The notes: a model not told the origin generated them from the letters alone. Counted from the first letter of the stretch, positions 19,367 through 29,021 are shown. The stretch is 64,000 nt of DNA from Terriglobia bacterium (GCA_963695545.1 OY968796.1:2976001-3040000); one strand, 5' to 3'. Numbers and translations are program-made.

Positions 19367-20430
19367 GCACAGCCACCTCTACTTCGATCGGACACATGAC
19401 CGCCGCTGTTCTGCGCGGCCGGGAAGACGTGCGCATCGAGCGCGTCGAAATTCCCGACATCGGCGCCGACGAAGCCCTGGTGCGCGTCAAGGTCGCGCTG
19501 ACCTGCGGCACCGATCTCAAAGTCTGGCGCCAGGGATTCCACGAGCGCATGATCACGCCGCCCGCGCTCTTCGGACACGAATGGGCCGGCGTCGTCGAGC
19601 GCGTTGGTCCCGACGTGCCCGATTGGGTGCGTCCCGGCTTGCGCGTCACCGCCGGGAATTCCGCGCCGTGCTACCGCTGCTTCTATTGTTTGCGCGGCCA
19701 GCAAAATTTGTGCGAAGACCTGGTGTTCAACAACGGCGCCTACGCCGAGTACGTTCGCGTGCCCGGCCGCATTGTGCGCGAAAATCTTTTGGAAATTCCC
19801 GAGAATGTTTCCTATCGCGATGCCGCTCTGGTCGAGCCGCTGGCCTGCGTCCTGCGCGGCATCGATGAAACCGGCGTGCGCTCCGGAGACACTGCGGCGC
19901 TGATCGGCTGCGGCCCGCTCGGACTTATGTTCGTCCGCTTGCTCTCCGCGCGTGGAGTCGGCGTTTTGGCCGTCGCCAAACACGCCAGCCAAGCTGAAGC
20001 GGCTCGCCGCATGGGCGCGACCGTCGCGTTCGTGTCCGGCCAAATGGAAGATCCCGTCGCCGAGGTTCGCCGCAAGACCGGCGCGCGTCGCGGCGCCGAC
20101 GCCGTAATCGAAGCCGTGGGCACGCCCGCCACCTGGGAATGGGCCGTGCAGATGGTGCGCCGCGGCGGCACCGTAAATCTTTTCGGCGGCTGCCCGCGCG
20201 GCAGCAAAATTTCGCTCGATCCGACGGCGCTGCACTACTCCGAGATCACAATCAAATCGTCGTTCCACCATACGCCGCAATTCGTGCGCGAGGCGCTTGA
20301 AACCATCGCTCGCGGCGAAATCAGCGCCGACGATTTTGTGAATCGGGAAACTCCGCTCGCCGATCTCCCGCAGTTGTTCGCGCGCATGAGGGATCGCAAG
20401 GGCGAGATGAAAGTCGCCATCATTCCCTGA
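19363..20430 (+). CDS. zinc-dependent medium-chain dehydrogenase, paralog 2
   Basis: TCGTD, GHE, CYRCFYC..C, GCGPLG; no acidic residue at end of beta2 (LAVAKH). Confidence 0.92.
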   Translation: MSTATSTSIGHMTAAVLRGREDVRIERVEIPDIGADEALVRVKVALTCGTDLKVWRQGFHERMITPPALFGHEWAGVVERVGPDVPDWVRPGLRVTAGNSAPCYRCFYCLRGQQNLCEDLVFNNGAYAEYVRVPGRIVRENLLEIPENVSYRDAALVEPLACVLRGIDETGVRSGDTAALIGCGPLGLMFVRLLSARGVGVLAVAKHASQAEAARRMGATVAFVSGQMEDPVAEVRRKTGARRGADAVIEAVGTPATWEWAVQMVRRGGTVNLFGGCPRGSKISLDPTALHYSEITIKSSFHHTPQFVREALETIARGEISADDFVNRETPLADLPQLFARMRDRKGEMKVAIIP

Positions 20431-20509
20431 TTTGCGTCACGGCGCGCGGCACGCGCTCGGGGATTTTGTTCTGTCGCAGTCGGCACACTGTCACCGTTTT
20501 CCGCAAAAC

Positions 20510-22495
20510 ATGTCTTCCTCCGCCATCGAGAAACTCGAAATCGCGCGCCGCTTGCCGCCCGAGGGCTGCTCGGTCGAAGAGGCCGAGGCTTACACGCGCC
20601 ATCTCGCGCGCCATCACTACGAAAATTTCAGTGTGGTCTCGTGGCTCCTGCCGCGCCGCTTGCATCAGCATTTTTACAACGTGTACGCCTATTGCCGCTG
20701 GTCCGACGATCTGGCCGACGAGATTCCCGATCACGCGCAAGCTCTCGCCGCGCTCGAGGATTGGGAAATCATGTTGCGCCGCTGCTATGCGGGCGAAACC
20801 GCTCATCCCGTTTTCATCGCGCTTGCACCCACGATTCGCGCCTGCGAAATTCCCATCGAGCCCTTCGCCGATTTGCTTGCAGCGTTTCGCCAGGATCAAA
20901 CCGTCTCTCGCTACGCCACCTGGAACGACGTGCTCGGTTACTGCCGCTATTCCGCGAATCCGGTTGGCCGCCTCGTGCTCTATTTGTGCGGCTACCGCGA
21001 CGCCGAGCGCCAAGCACTTTCTGACGCCACTTGCACCGCGCTGCAACTCGCGAATTTCTGGCAGGACGTCGCGCGCGATCTCGAGAAACACCGAATCTAC
21101 ATTCCGCTCGATCTCCTCGCGCGCCATGGTCTTTCCGCCGAAGATATTGAAGCGCGCCGCTTCGACGATCGCTACGTGAAATTGATGCACGAGCTCATCG
21201 CGCGCACACGCCAACTCTTCGCCGAAGGCTTGCCACTCGCGAATCTTCTCGATCCAGATTTGCGCGTCGATATCGAACTCTTCAGCCGCGGAGGCATGGG
21301 GGTGCTCGATGCGATCGAAACCTCGGGTTACGACACCCTGCACCGCCGCCCGTCGATCGGCCGCGGCGCGAAGTTCGCGTTGCTCGCGCGCGCGCTCGCC
21401 GGCCGCGCGGTTTCTCCGGTGCGCCGCAGGTCCGCGCCAACTCCCGCTGCAGCAGCCGCCGCGCTTCCGACTACCGCATCCGAGCCCGGCCGCCCGGTAC
21501 TTGTTCCGACGCCCGCGCAGATGGGCGCCGCGTCCGCCGCGCCAACCGCCAAGAGCGCCGCGGATCTCCGCGAGATCGCGCGCTCCTACGCCGATTGCCG
21601 AGAAGTCGCCCGCGCAGCCTCCAGCAATTTCTACTATGCGTTCTATCTTCTCCCGCGCCACAAGCGCGACGCGCTCTGCGCGCTCTACGCCTTCATGCGC
21701 CTGGTGGACGACGTTTCCGACACGCCCGGCGATCTCGCGGCCAAGCGCGCAGGTCTCGCGCGCTGGCGAGCCGCGCTCGATGCCGCCGTTGCCGGCGATC
21801 CATCAGCGCATCCGGTTTTGCCCGCGCTCGCCGATACGCTCGAGCGCTTCCAAATCCCGCCGCGCTATTTTCACGATCTGATTTCCGGCGCGGAAATGGA
21901 TTTGACCGTCGGCGCCTACGCCACCTTCGACCGCCTGCGCGAATATTGTTATCGCGTGGCCGGCACGGTCGGCCTTACGTGTCTGCATGTTTTCGGCTTC
22001 ACCGATCCGCGTGCGCCCGATCGCGCCGAATCGCTGGGCATCGCGTTTCAATTGACCAACATCCTGCGCGACGTCCGCAGCGACCTCGAATCGGGGCGCG
22101 TCTACCTCCCGCAGGAAGATCTCGATCGATTCGGCGTCTCAACCGGCGAGCTCATCGGCGAAACCATCACGCCCGGTCTGCGCGCGTTGATGGAATTTGA
22201 AGTCGCGCGCGCCTGGTCGTTCTATCGCGAAGGCGAGCCGCTCGTGCGCCTGGTCGATCGCGATAGCCGCGCCGCGCTCTGGGCGCTGGTGCGCACGTAC
22301 AGCAGTTTGCTCGCGCGCATAGAAGCCCGCGGCTTTGACGTTTTTTCCACGCGCACGCGCCTCACCACGGCGGAAAAAGCCGGCATCCTGGTGCGCGCGC
22401 GCTTTGGCTGGTTCTCCCAACAAAATGTCCTCGAAGAGCGTGATCGTGATCGGCGGCGGCCTGGCGGGACTTTCCGCGGGCGTCGCGCTGGCTGA
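20510..22495 (+). CDS. hpnC-hpnD: fused hydroxysqualene synthase HpnC and presqualene diphosphate synthase HpnD
   Basis: N-domain HYENFSVVSWLLP..CRWSDDLADE..LQLANFWQD; Ala/Pro linker; C-domain SSNFYYAFYLLP..RLVDDVSD..FQLTNILRD; no intervening stop. Confidence 0.88.
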   Translation: MSSSAIEKLEIARRLPPEGCSVEEAEAYTRHLARHHYENFSVVSWLLPRRLHQHFYNVYAYCRWSDDLADEIPDHAQALAALEDWEIMLRRCYAGETAHPVFIALAPTIRACEIPIEPFADLLAAFRQDQTVSRYATWNDVLGYCRYSANPVGRLVLYLCGYRDAERQALSDATCTALQLANFWQDVARDLEKHRIYIPLDLLARHGLSAEDIEARRFDDRYVKLMHELIARTRQLFAEGLPLANLLDPDLRVDIELFSRGGMGVLDAIETSGYDTLHRRPSIGRGAKFALLARALAGRAVSPVRRRSAPTPAAAAAALPTTASEPGRPVLVPTPAQMGAASAAPTAKSAADLREIARSYADCREVARAASSNFYYAFYLLPRHKRDALCALYAFMRLVDDVSDTPGDLAAKRAGLARWRAALDAAVAGDPSAHPVLPALADTLERFQIPPRYFHDLISGAEMDLTVGAYATFDRLREYCYRVAGTVGLTCLHVFGFTDPRAPDRAESLGIAFQLTNILRDVRSDLESGRVYLPQEDLDRFGVSTGELIGETITPGLRALMEFEVARAWSFYREGEPLVRLVDRDSRAALWALVRTYSSLLARIEARGFDVFSTRTRLTTAEKAGILVRARFGWFSQQNVLEERDRDRRRPGGTFRGRRAG

Positions 22496-23876
22496 GGCCG
22501 GCTTTCGCGTCCGGTTGTACGAGAAGCGTCCGCACCTGGGCGGCCGCGCTGCCTCGTACGTTTTGCCCGGCGGCGAACACGTCGACAATTGCCAGCACGT
22601 CACGCTGGGTTGCTGCACGAATCTTGCGGATTTTTATCGCCGCGTCGGCGCCGCCGGAAAAATTCAATTCTTCGATCGTTTGGTCTTCGCCGATTCCACC
22701 GGGCGCCGCGGCACCATGGAAGCCTCTTCGCTCGCGCCGCCCATGCACATGGCCGGATCGTTCGCCGCGTTTCCGTTGCTCGATTGGCGCGATAAGCGCG
22801 CCATTGCGAACGCGCTCGTAGCCATCGCGCGCTCTGGCGGCCGTCCCGACGACGCAAACGGAAACGGAAACGGAAACGGCGGCGTCTCCATGCTCGATTG
22901 GCTGCGTCGCCGCGGCCAAACCGAAGCCGCGATCGCGCGCTTCTGGGGTGTGGTCCTGGTCAGCGCGCTCGATGAAGAGCTCGCGCGCACCGACGCGCAC
23001 TACGGCATCGATGTTTTCTGGAAAGCGTTTCTCGCAAATCGCTCCGGCTATCGCGTCGGCATTCCGTCGGTTCCGCTCGGCGATCTCTACGGCGGTTGCC
23101 TCGCCGCGATCGAGCGGCGGGGCGGGGAAGCGCGGCTTCGAGCCGCGGTACGCGGAATCGCGATCGAAGATGGCCGCGCCGCCGGCGTCGAATTTGAAAA
23201 CGGCGCGCGCGAAGTTGCCGATCACTACGTCGTCGCCGTGCCGCACGAAGCCTTGCCGTCGCTCTTGCCCGCGCCTGTCGTCGAGCGCCACGCCGAGTTT
23301 CGCAATCTCAGCCGTTTGCGCTCATCCCCAATCACCGGCGTGCACCTGTGGCTCGATCGCGAAGTGATGTCCGAACCGTTTTTGACCGTGGTCGATCGCA
23401 CCACGCAATGGATTTTCAACAAGACGCTGCTTTCCGAATCCGCCGCCAACGGATCGAACGGCGCAAACGGAGCAAGCGGCGCGCGCCAATATCTGCAGCT
23501 CGTGATCAGCGCGTCCTACGATTTAATCCCACGCTCGCGCCAGGAAATCCTCGCGCTCGCGTGGCGCGAACTCTGCGAAGTCGTGCCCGCGGCGCGTGAA
23601 GCGCGCGTGGTGAAAGGCGCGGTGATCAAAGAAACCGCGGCGACGTTTTCGCCCGAGCCCGGCTGCGATCGCTGGCGCCCCGCGCAATCGAGTCCCATCG
23701 CGAATCTCTATCTCGCCGGCGATTGGACCGCCACCGGCTGGCCGGCCACGATGGAAGGCGCCGTGCGCAGCGGCTATCTCGCCGCCGAGGCCATTCTCGC
23801 CGCCGCAGGAGCCCCTGCGCGCCTTCTGCGCGCCGAATTGCCCACCGAGGGCCTGTCGCGCTGGTGGGCGGGATAG
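22425..23876 (+). CDS. hpnE: hydroxysqualene dehydroxylase (FAD-dependent)
   Basis: IGGGLAGL, LGGRAAS, VDNCQHV, LAGDWTATGWPATMEGAVRSG. Confidence 0.93.
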   Translation: MSSKSVIVIGGGLAGLSAGVALAEAGFRVRLYEKRPHLGGRAASYVLPGGEHVDNCQHVTLGCCTNLADFYRRVGAAGKIQFFDRLVFADSTGRRGTMEASSLAPPMHMAGSFAAFPLLDWRDKRAIANALVAIARSGGRPDDANGNGNGNGGVSMLDWLRRRGQTEAAIARFWGVVLVSALDEELARTDAHYGIDVFWKAFLANRSGYRVGIPSVPLGDLYGGCLAAIERRGGEARLRAAVRGIAIEDGRAAGVEFENGAREVADHYVVAVPHEALPSLLPAPVVERHAEFRNLSRLRSSPITGVHLWLDREVMSEPFLTVVDRTTQWIFNKTLLSESAANGSNGANGASGARQYLQLVISASYDLIPRSRQEILALAWRELCEVVPAAREARVVKGAVIKETAATFSPEPGCDRWRPAQSSPIANLYLAGDWTATGWPATMEGAVRSGYLAAEAILAAAGAPARLLRAELPTEGLSRWWAG

Positions 23877-23993
23877 TGACGCATGACGCCGCTCGCGGAA
23901 TCGCGTCAGCGTTGGCGTTTGCGCGGAAACTTCGCTTTTTCATGTTCTTTCGCGCTGCATAGCGTATGATGGGGTATCCCCCCGGAGGTTTTC

Positions 23994-24455
23994 TTGGACC
24001 GGAAGTATAAGCAGCACGGCTACATGTCTGACGACAAGCCGAAAAAACAGGAAAAAAAACCGCCGCACGATGGCCGCCCGCGTCAGGAGCAGTTTGGACC
24101 GCGCACACCGCGGATGGTCGGCACGGTTTCGCGCATGCGCTGCTCGAATTGCGGCGCTGTGCTCCAGGCCAATGTCGATCCGAACGCGAAGTGCCCGCGC
24201 TGCGCCTTCGATCTTCACTGCTGCAAACAGTGCCGCTTTTTCGATAGCGCCGCGCGCTTCGAGTGCATGCAGCCCGTGGTCGAGCAAATTGCGCGCAAAG
24301 ACGTGAAGAACGATTGCGCGCTTTACGAATTCCGCACCACGATTGAAAAGGACACCGCTCCGGCCGCGGCACAAGCCTCGCCCTCGGCGCCGACTTCCAG
24401 CCCTTCGCGCCCGCACGATGCGCGCCGCGCCTTCGACGACCTCTTCAAGAAGTAG
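23994..24455 (+). CDS. Cys-rich hypothetical protein (putative double zinc finger)
   Basis: TTG start with GGAGG RBS; CSNC, CPRC, CCKQC plus two further Cys; C-terminal ARRAFDDLFKK. Confidence 0.78.
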   Translation: MDRKYKQHGYMSDDKPKKQEKKPPHDGRPRQEQFGPRTPRMVGTVSRMRCSNCGAVLQANVDPNAKCPRCAFDLHCCKQCRFFDSAARFECMQPVVEQIARKDVKNDCALYEFRTTIEKDTAPAAAQASPSAPTSSPSRPHDARRAFDDLFKK

Positions 24456-24495
24456 CCGCAGCTTCGCTGTTCAGCACCAAATTGTTCTCAGAGGA

Positions 24496-25434
24496 TCAAC
24501 GCGGAGGATTTGGGAATAGCGTCGGCTCTCGCGCCGGCTCGCTCGCGATCGCATCAAGCGAAGGATAATGATGCCGCAACGTCTCCGGCACTTTCACTTT
24601 CGCGCCGGTCAATAGCTCGATCAATTCCAGCGCGTTCACCACGCCTTTTCCGAGAAAATGATTATTGGTGATCACGTAGGTGTCGCCGGAGTGCTCCGCC
24701 ACTTTTTCGATGCGCGCGGCCCACGGCGCAAGCTCTTCCTGGCTGTAAAGGTAGTTGTATCGCTCCGCTGGCGGCGTTGCCGGGTCGTCGCTGAACCAGG
24801 TGTCGTAGCGCCGTCCGTGCAGACGAACATATCCGATGTTTCCCGTCGCGCGCCCAGAAGGCCGAATCGAGCGCCCAATCACCGGCTGATCGATATTGCA
24901 GAATCCCACGCCGCGCTCGGCCAGCATCGCGTAAAACTCTTTCTCGTTCCACGAAGCGTGCCGCACTTCCACCACCAGCGGAAAATCCGCAAATCGCGTC
25001 AGTATATTTTCCAGCTGCGCGTCATTCTCCGCCGTGCGATGAAACGAATATGGAAATTGCAGCAGCACCGCGCCCAATTTTCCCGCGCGTCGCAGCGGCT
25101 CAAATCCCTCGCGCACCGCGCGCTCGTCTTCGGCGGTCGCTCCGGATTCGTGCGTGAATTTCTGCCAGAGCTTTGCCGTGAATAAAAATCGCGGATTTGC
25201 CGCTACGCGCTCCACCCACTGCGCCCCCAGTTCCGGCCGCAACGGTTGGTAAAACGAAGTATTGATCTCGATGGTGTCGAAATATTCCGCCAGGTAAGTA
25301 GCTTCGTGAAATCCGCGCGGCCTCCGCGCCGGATAGACCACTCCGTTCCAATCGTCGTACGACCAGCCCGCTGGACCGACGCGGATCGTGCGCAGAGGCC
25401 GTTCGATGCGAGATTTCGGTTCCGATCGCGGCAT
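24496..25434 (-). CDS. DUF72 (YecE-like) family protein; start approximate
   Basis: GPAGWSYDDW, DTIEINTSFY, LLQFPYSF, VEVRHASW, YVRLHGR, YLYS. Confidence 0.92.
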   Translation of the reverse strand: MPRSEPKSRIERPLRTIRVGPAGWSYDDWNGVVYPARRPRGFHEATYLAEYFDTIEINTSFYQPLRPELGAQWVERVAANPRFLFTAKLWQKFTHESGATAEDERAVREGFEPLRRAGKLGAVLLQFPYSFHRTAENDAQLENILTRFADFPLVVEVRHASWNEKEFYAMLAERGVGFCNIDQPVIGRSIRPSGRATGNIGYVRLHGRRYDTWFSDDPATPPAERYNYLYSQEELAPWAARIEKVAEHSGDTYVITNNHFLGKGVVNALELIELLTGAKVKVPETLRHHYPSLDAIASEPAREPTLFPNPPR

Positions 25435-25517
25435 TCGCGCGCACCCAGGAATCCGCATGTTATCATCCTGCCGCTGGGTGGCCCCTATCGAACGGGTCGT
25501 CGAAAGAGGCATATCTC

Positions 25518-27707
25518 ATGTTGCGCTCCAAACTGTCTCGCGCGCGAATCGCGCTCTGTCTTGGCACTGGCGCGATAATCGCGGTTGCCGCTCTCGCACA
25601 ATCGAGCAATCAATCCGGTCCGCCGCCCACGCCGCGCCACGACGTCACCGAAGCCTTCTTCGGCCAAACCGTCACCGATCCCTATCGCTGGCTCGAGAAC
25701 TGGCATGACGCCGACGTCGCGGCGTGGTTCAAGGCTCAGAACGACTACACGCGCGCCGCGCTGGCCGCCATTCCCGGCCGCGAAAAGTTCCTCGCGCGGG
25801 TTAAGGAGCTCGATACCGAGAACACGGGCGTGCGCAGCGCGCAGGTTTGGGGTGGCAAGATTTTTTACCTCAAGACCGCAGCCGGCGCCAATAATGCCAA
25901 GCTGTTTGTCGAGGATTCCGCCGGCTCGCCCGAGCGCTTGCTCATCGATCCCGAGCAGCTCACGAAAGACGGCGTGCATTACTCGATCGACTACTTTGCG
26001 CCTTCGCTCGACGGTGCGCTCGTGGCTTACGGAATTTCTCCCGGTGGATCCGAAGAGAGCGTGATTCACGTCCTCGAAACCGCCACCGGCAAGCAGTTGG
26101 CAGACGCGATTGACCGCTGCCGTTTTGGCGGAGTTCAATGGCTGCCGGGCGACAAATCGTTCCTCTACAACCGGCTCCAGAAGCTCACTCCAGACATGCC
26201 CAGCACTGCTTTTGAACAGCGCAGTCGTGTGTATCTCCACGAACTGGGCCAAGATCCCGATAGCGATCGCTTCGTGTTCGGCTACGGATATTCCGACGAC
26301 CTAAAGATCGCTGATGTCGACCTGAGTTTCGGTTTGTTCTCCCCCGCGTCGCCGTACATTTTCGGAATCGTGGCGCACGGTACGCAAAGAGAACAGACCG
26401 CCCACTACGTTCCGCTCGACGAACTGAACTCGCCGGCCATCAAGTGGAAAAAGCTCTTCGACGTCGAAGACGACGTGGTGAACTTCGACGTCCATCATGA
26501 CGACGTCTACCTGATCTCGCACAAGCGAAGCCCGCGCTATGACGTTGTCCGTGCCAGCCTCAAAAGTCCGGATCTCGAGCACGCGCCCGTCGTTGTGCCC
26601 GCAAGCGAATCCGTGATCCTGGAGGCCGACGTCGCCACGGACGGAATCTACATTCGCGATCTCGACGGCGGAATCGGGCGCATCCGGCGCCTCTCGTACG
26701 ACGGGCGAATCGAATCGATACCCGTGGCCGAAGGGCAATCCGTCACGGATATTTCGGTCACGCCAAGCGAGGCTGGTGCGCTGATCCACGTCGCCTCGTG
26801 GACCACCTCGCCGAAATGGCTGGCGTACGACGCACAACGCAAGACCTCGAGCGATACCGGAATTCAACCGCCGTCACCCATCGATACGTCGGCCTTTGAA
26901 TCCGTCGAAGTAAAGGCCAAGAGCGCCGACGGAACAATGGTTCCGCTCTCCATTATCCGCGCCAAGAACATCGTGTTGGATGGCACTCATCCCACTCATT
27001 TGGTCGGATACGGCGCCTATGGTATCTCCATGGATCCGGCGTTCGCGCCGTATCGGGTGGCTTGGCTCGAGCGCGGAGGCGTGATCGCCGTCGCCCACGT
27101 TCGCGGCGGCGGAGAATACGGGCAGGAGTGGTATCACGCGGGCTACAAGCTGACAAAGCAGCACACCATCGATGACTTCATCGCCTGCGCCCAATATCTG
27201 ATTAAAAACAAATACACCAGTCCCGCACACCTTTCCGGTGAAGGAACCAGCGCCGGCGGAATTCTGATCGGAGGCGCCATCACGCAGCGCCCCGATCTGT
27301 TTGCCGGAGCGCTGATCCGCGTTGGTCTCTCTGACGCGCTCCGCGCGGAGTTCACGCCGAATGGCCCGCCGAACATCGCCGAGTTCGGCACCGTCACCGA
27401 TCCCGATGGCTTCAAAGGTCTCTACGCGATGGACGCGTATCAGCACGTCAAAGACGGCGTGGCGTACCCGGGCGTTCTGTTGACCGCCGGAATCAACGAT
27501 CCGCGCGTCGATCCCTCGCAGCCCGCGAAGATGACGGCGCGTTTGCAGGCCGCGACTTCGAGCCATAGACCGATTCTGCTTCGCGTGAACTACGACGCGG
27601 GCCACGGTTTTGGTTCTACGCGAGCGCAGAACGACTTGGAGTATGCCGACGAAATGTCGTTCTTGCTTTGGCAGGACGGCGATCCGGAATTTCAGCCGGC
27701 ACACTAA
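25518..27707 (+). CDS. secreted prolyl oligopeptidase (S9A)
   Basis: Signal peptide, DPYRWLE, RGGGEYG, triad GTSAGG / NDPRV / AGHG. Confidence 0.94.
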   Translation: MLRSKLSRARIALCLGTGAIIAVAALAQSSNQSGPPPTPRHDVTEAFFGQTVTDPYRWLENWHDADVAAWFKAQNDYTRAALAAIPGREKFLARVKELDTENTGVRSAQVWGGKIFYLKTAAGANNAKLFVEDSAGSPERLLIDPEQLTKDGVHYSIDYFAPSLDGALVAYGISPGGSEESVIHVLETATGKQLADAIDRCRFGGVQWLPGDKSFLYNRLQKLTPDMPSTAFEQRSRVYLHELGQDPDSDRFVFGYGYSDDLKIADVDLSFGLFSPASPYIFGIVAHGTQREQTAHYVPLDELNSPAIKWKKLFDVEDDVVNFDVHHDDVYLISHKRSPRYDVVRASLKSPDLEHAPVVVPASESVILEADVATDGIYIRDLDGGIGRIRRLSYDGRIESIPVAEGQSVTDISVTPSEAGALIHVASWTTSPKWLAYDAQRKTSSDTGIQPPSPIDTSAFESVEVKAKSADGTMVPLSIIRAKNIVLDGTHPTHLVGYGAYGISMDPAFAPYRVAWLERGGVIAVAHVRGGGEYGQEWYHAGYKLTKQHTIDDFIACAQYLIKNKYTSPAHLSGEGTSAGGILIGGAITQRPDLFAGALIRVGLSDALRAEFTPNGPPNIAEFGTVTDPDGFKGLYAMDAYQHVKDGVAYPGVLLTAGINDPRVDPSQPAKMTARLQAATSSHRPILLRVNYDAGHGFGSTRAQNDLEYADEMSFLLWQDGDPEFQPAH

Positions 27708-27875
27708 CACGATCGTGGGGCGGGCGATTGGGATCTCGCATTCGCCCGCAGCACACCATTCGCGGGGCTTCGTTTGCGTGGTTCCCGCACCGGTGCTACG
27801 CTAACCTCAATGATGCGTCTCCGGTTCCATCCGCGAGTCGCTGTCCCGGTCCATCCACCCGTAGGAAGGTGCCCC

Positions 27876-28226
27876 GTGAAATTTTCCATCAGCTACAGAA
27901 ACGTCGAATGGCATGAGCCTGTCGAATTGGTCGCCGAGCGAGCCGTCGCGAAGCTCGCTAAACTGCTGCAGCACTACCAACCTGACTTGGTTCAGTTGCA
28001 CGCGTGCATGGAACGCGTTCGCGGCAAGGACGAATTTAAATTTTCCGTGAGTCTCGCTCTTCCCTCAGCCACTTTGCATGCTACGGGTACGGCGCGCGGC
28101 ATCGCTCCCGCCGTGCGCCTCACGTTTGCCGAAATCGAAACGCAATTGAAGAAGCACACCTCGCTGCTGCGCCACGATTACCAATGGAAGCGCAAGCGAC
28201 GGCAGCCGCGCGAAGCGGTCGCCTAA
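27876..28226 (+). CDS. HPF/RaiA-like ribosome-associated protein
   Basis: KFSISYRNVE..KLAKLL..LHA..AVRLTFAEIETQLKKH pattern of the S30AE fold; GTG start after AGGAAGG. Confidence 0.7.
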   Translation: MKFSISYRNVEWHEPVELVAERAVAKLAKLLQHYQPDLVQLHACMERVRGKDEFKFSVSLALPSATLHATGTARGIAPAVRLTFAEIETQLKKHTSLLRHDYQWKRKRRQPREAVA

Positions 28227-28347
28227 TTCTCCCCGCGCTGTGCGGCGCTAACGCGTTACAACTCGCGCGTTTTCGTTTGCGGAGGCGAGGCGCGTGGCGT
28301 GCATAACTCGGCGCAAATTCTCGGCAAACAGTGTGTCGGCGGCGGCC
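28160..28347 (+). repeat. diverged direct repeat copy 1 (intact hpf 3' end, intergenic, dead glycoside hydrolase 5' end)
   Basis: About 82% identical by manual alignment to 30127-30315; exact 30-mer at 28205-28234 equals 30173-30202. Confidence 0.9.
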
Positions 28348-28404
28348 GACTGTTGCGGGGGGTACGAACCGCGCTGGAAGTGCGTCAATGCTCGGCCGGG
28401 TATT

Positions 28405-28608
28405 TCAAGCTTCTGGAAGGCGCGCCGAAGGAGGATTGAATCTGGCCACAATCTGGTTGGCGCGCTGGCTAAAGACGGCGTATTCGCCGGGCGAATGCGC
28501 TTGAAGTTCTCGGATCCTGACCTCGGCGGATTGCAGGTCTCGAGCGGCTTCAACCCATTCGAAATTCGCGGCGTCGGTTTTCCTCAGAATGTCGAAGGCG
28601 AGCTCCAT
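28405..28608 (-). CDS. small hypothetical protein
   Basis: 67 aa MELAFDILRK..WVEAARDL..PGEYAVF; AAAGG RBS. Confidence 0.6.
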   Translation of the reverse strand: MELAFDILRKTDAANFEWVEAARDLQSAEVRIRELQAHSPGEYAVFSQRANQIVARFNPPSARLPEA

Positions 28609-28808
28609 CTCGGCACCTTTCCGTAACAAGCTGGACTGGGTGCGATGCACAGGACTCGAAACTGTTTCCGAGTCTTACGAGCCAGCCGTCCCCTCGGCCA
28701 TAATTCGATGATCGAAAAATTCTTGGTCGCTTCTAAATCGCCCTTTGAAGAGCAGCCGCCTTGCGCGTGTGCGGGGATCGCACGGCATCCCGCGTGCTGG
28801 TGACGAGG

Positions 28809-29021
28809 CTAGAGGGGAGGCTTCCCCGATTTCGGGTGCGCTGCGCATACATGGGCTGTGAACTCCTTGTCGCGGTCCCGTTCGTACTGCGCCATCATCT
28901 CGTCAAATGTGCCGCCACTGACCGGGCCCCGCGGGTTGAACATCCACGCGCATTCGGAGCAAGCCCAGCCTTGGAAATTCCGGCCTTCGACCCACACCAT
29001 TTTGCGGTTCCCCGTCACCAT
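28809..29021 (-). CDS. small putative zinc-binding protein
   Basis: GWACSECAWMF ... FTAHVCAAH. Confidence 0.6.
   Translation of the reverse strand: MVTGNRKMVWVEGRNFQGWACSECAWMFNPRGPVSGGTFDEMMAQYERDRDKEFTAHVCAAHPKSGKPPL

Noticed and set aside
28294..28626. 110 aa ORF starting with a Tat-like ITRRKF
   Set aside because: Only the first ~18 codons derive from the duplicated glycoside hydrolase start; the rest is antisense to the 28405-28608 gene
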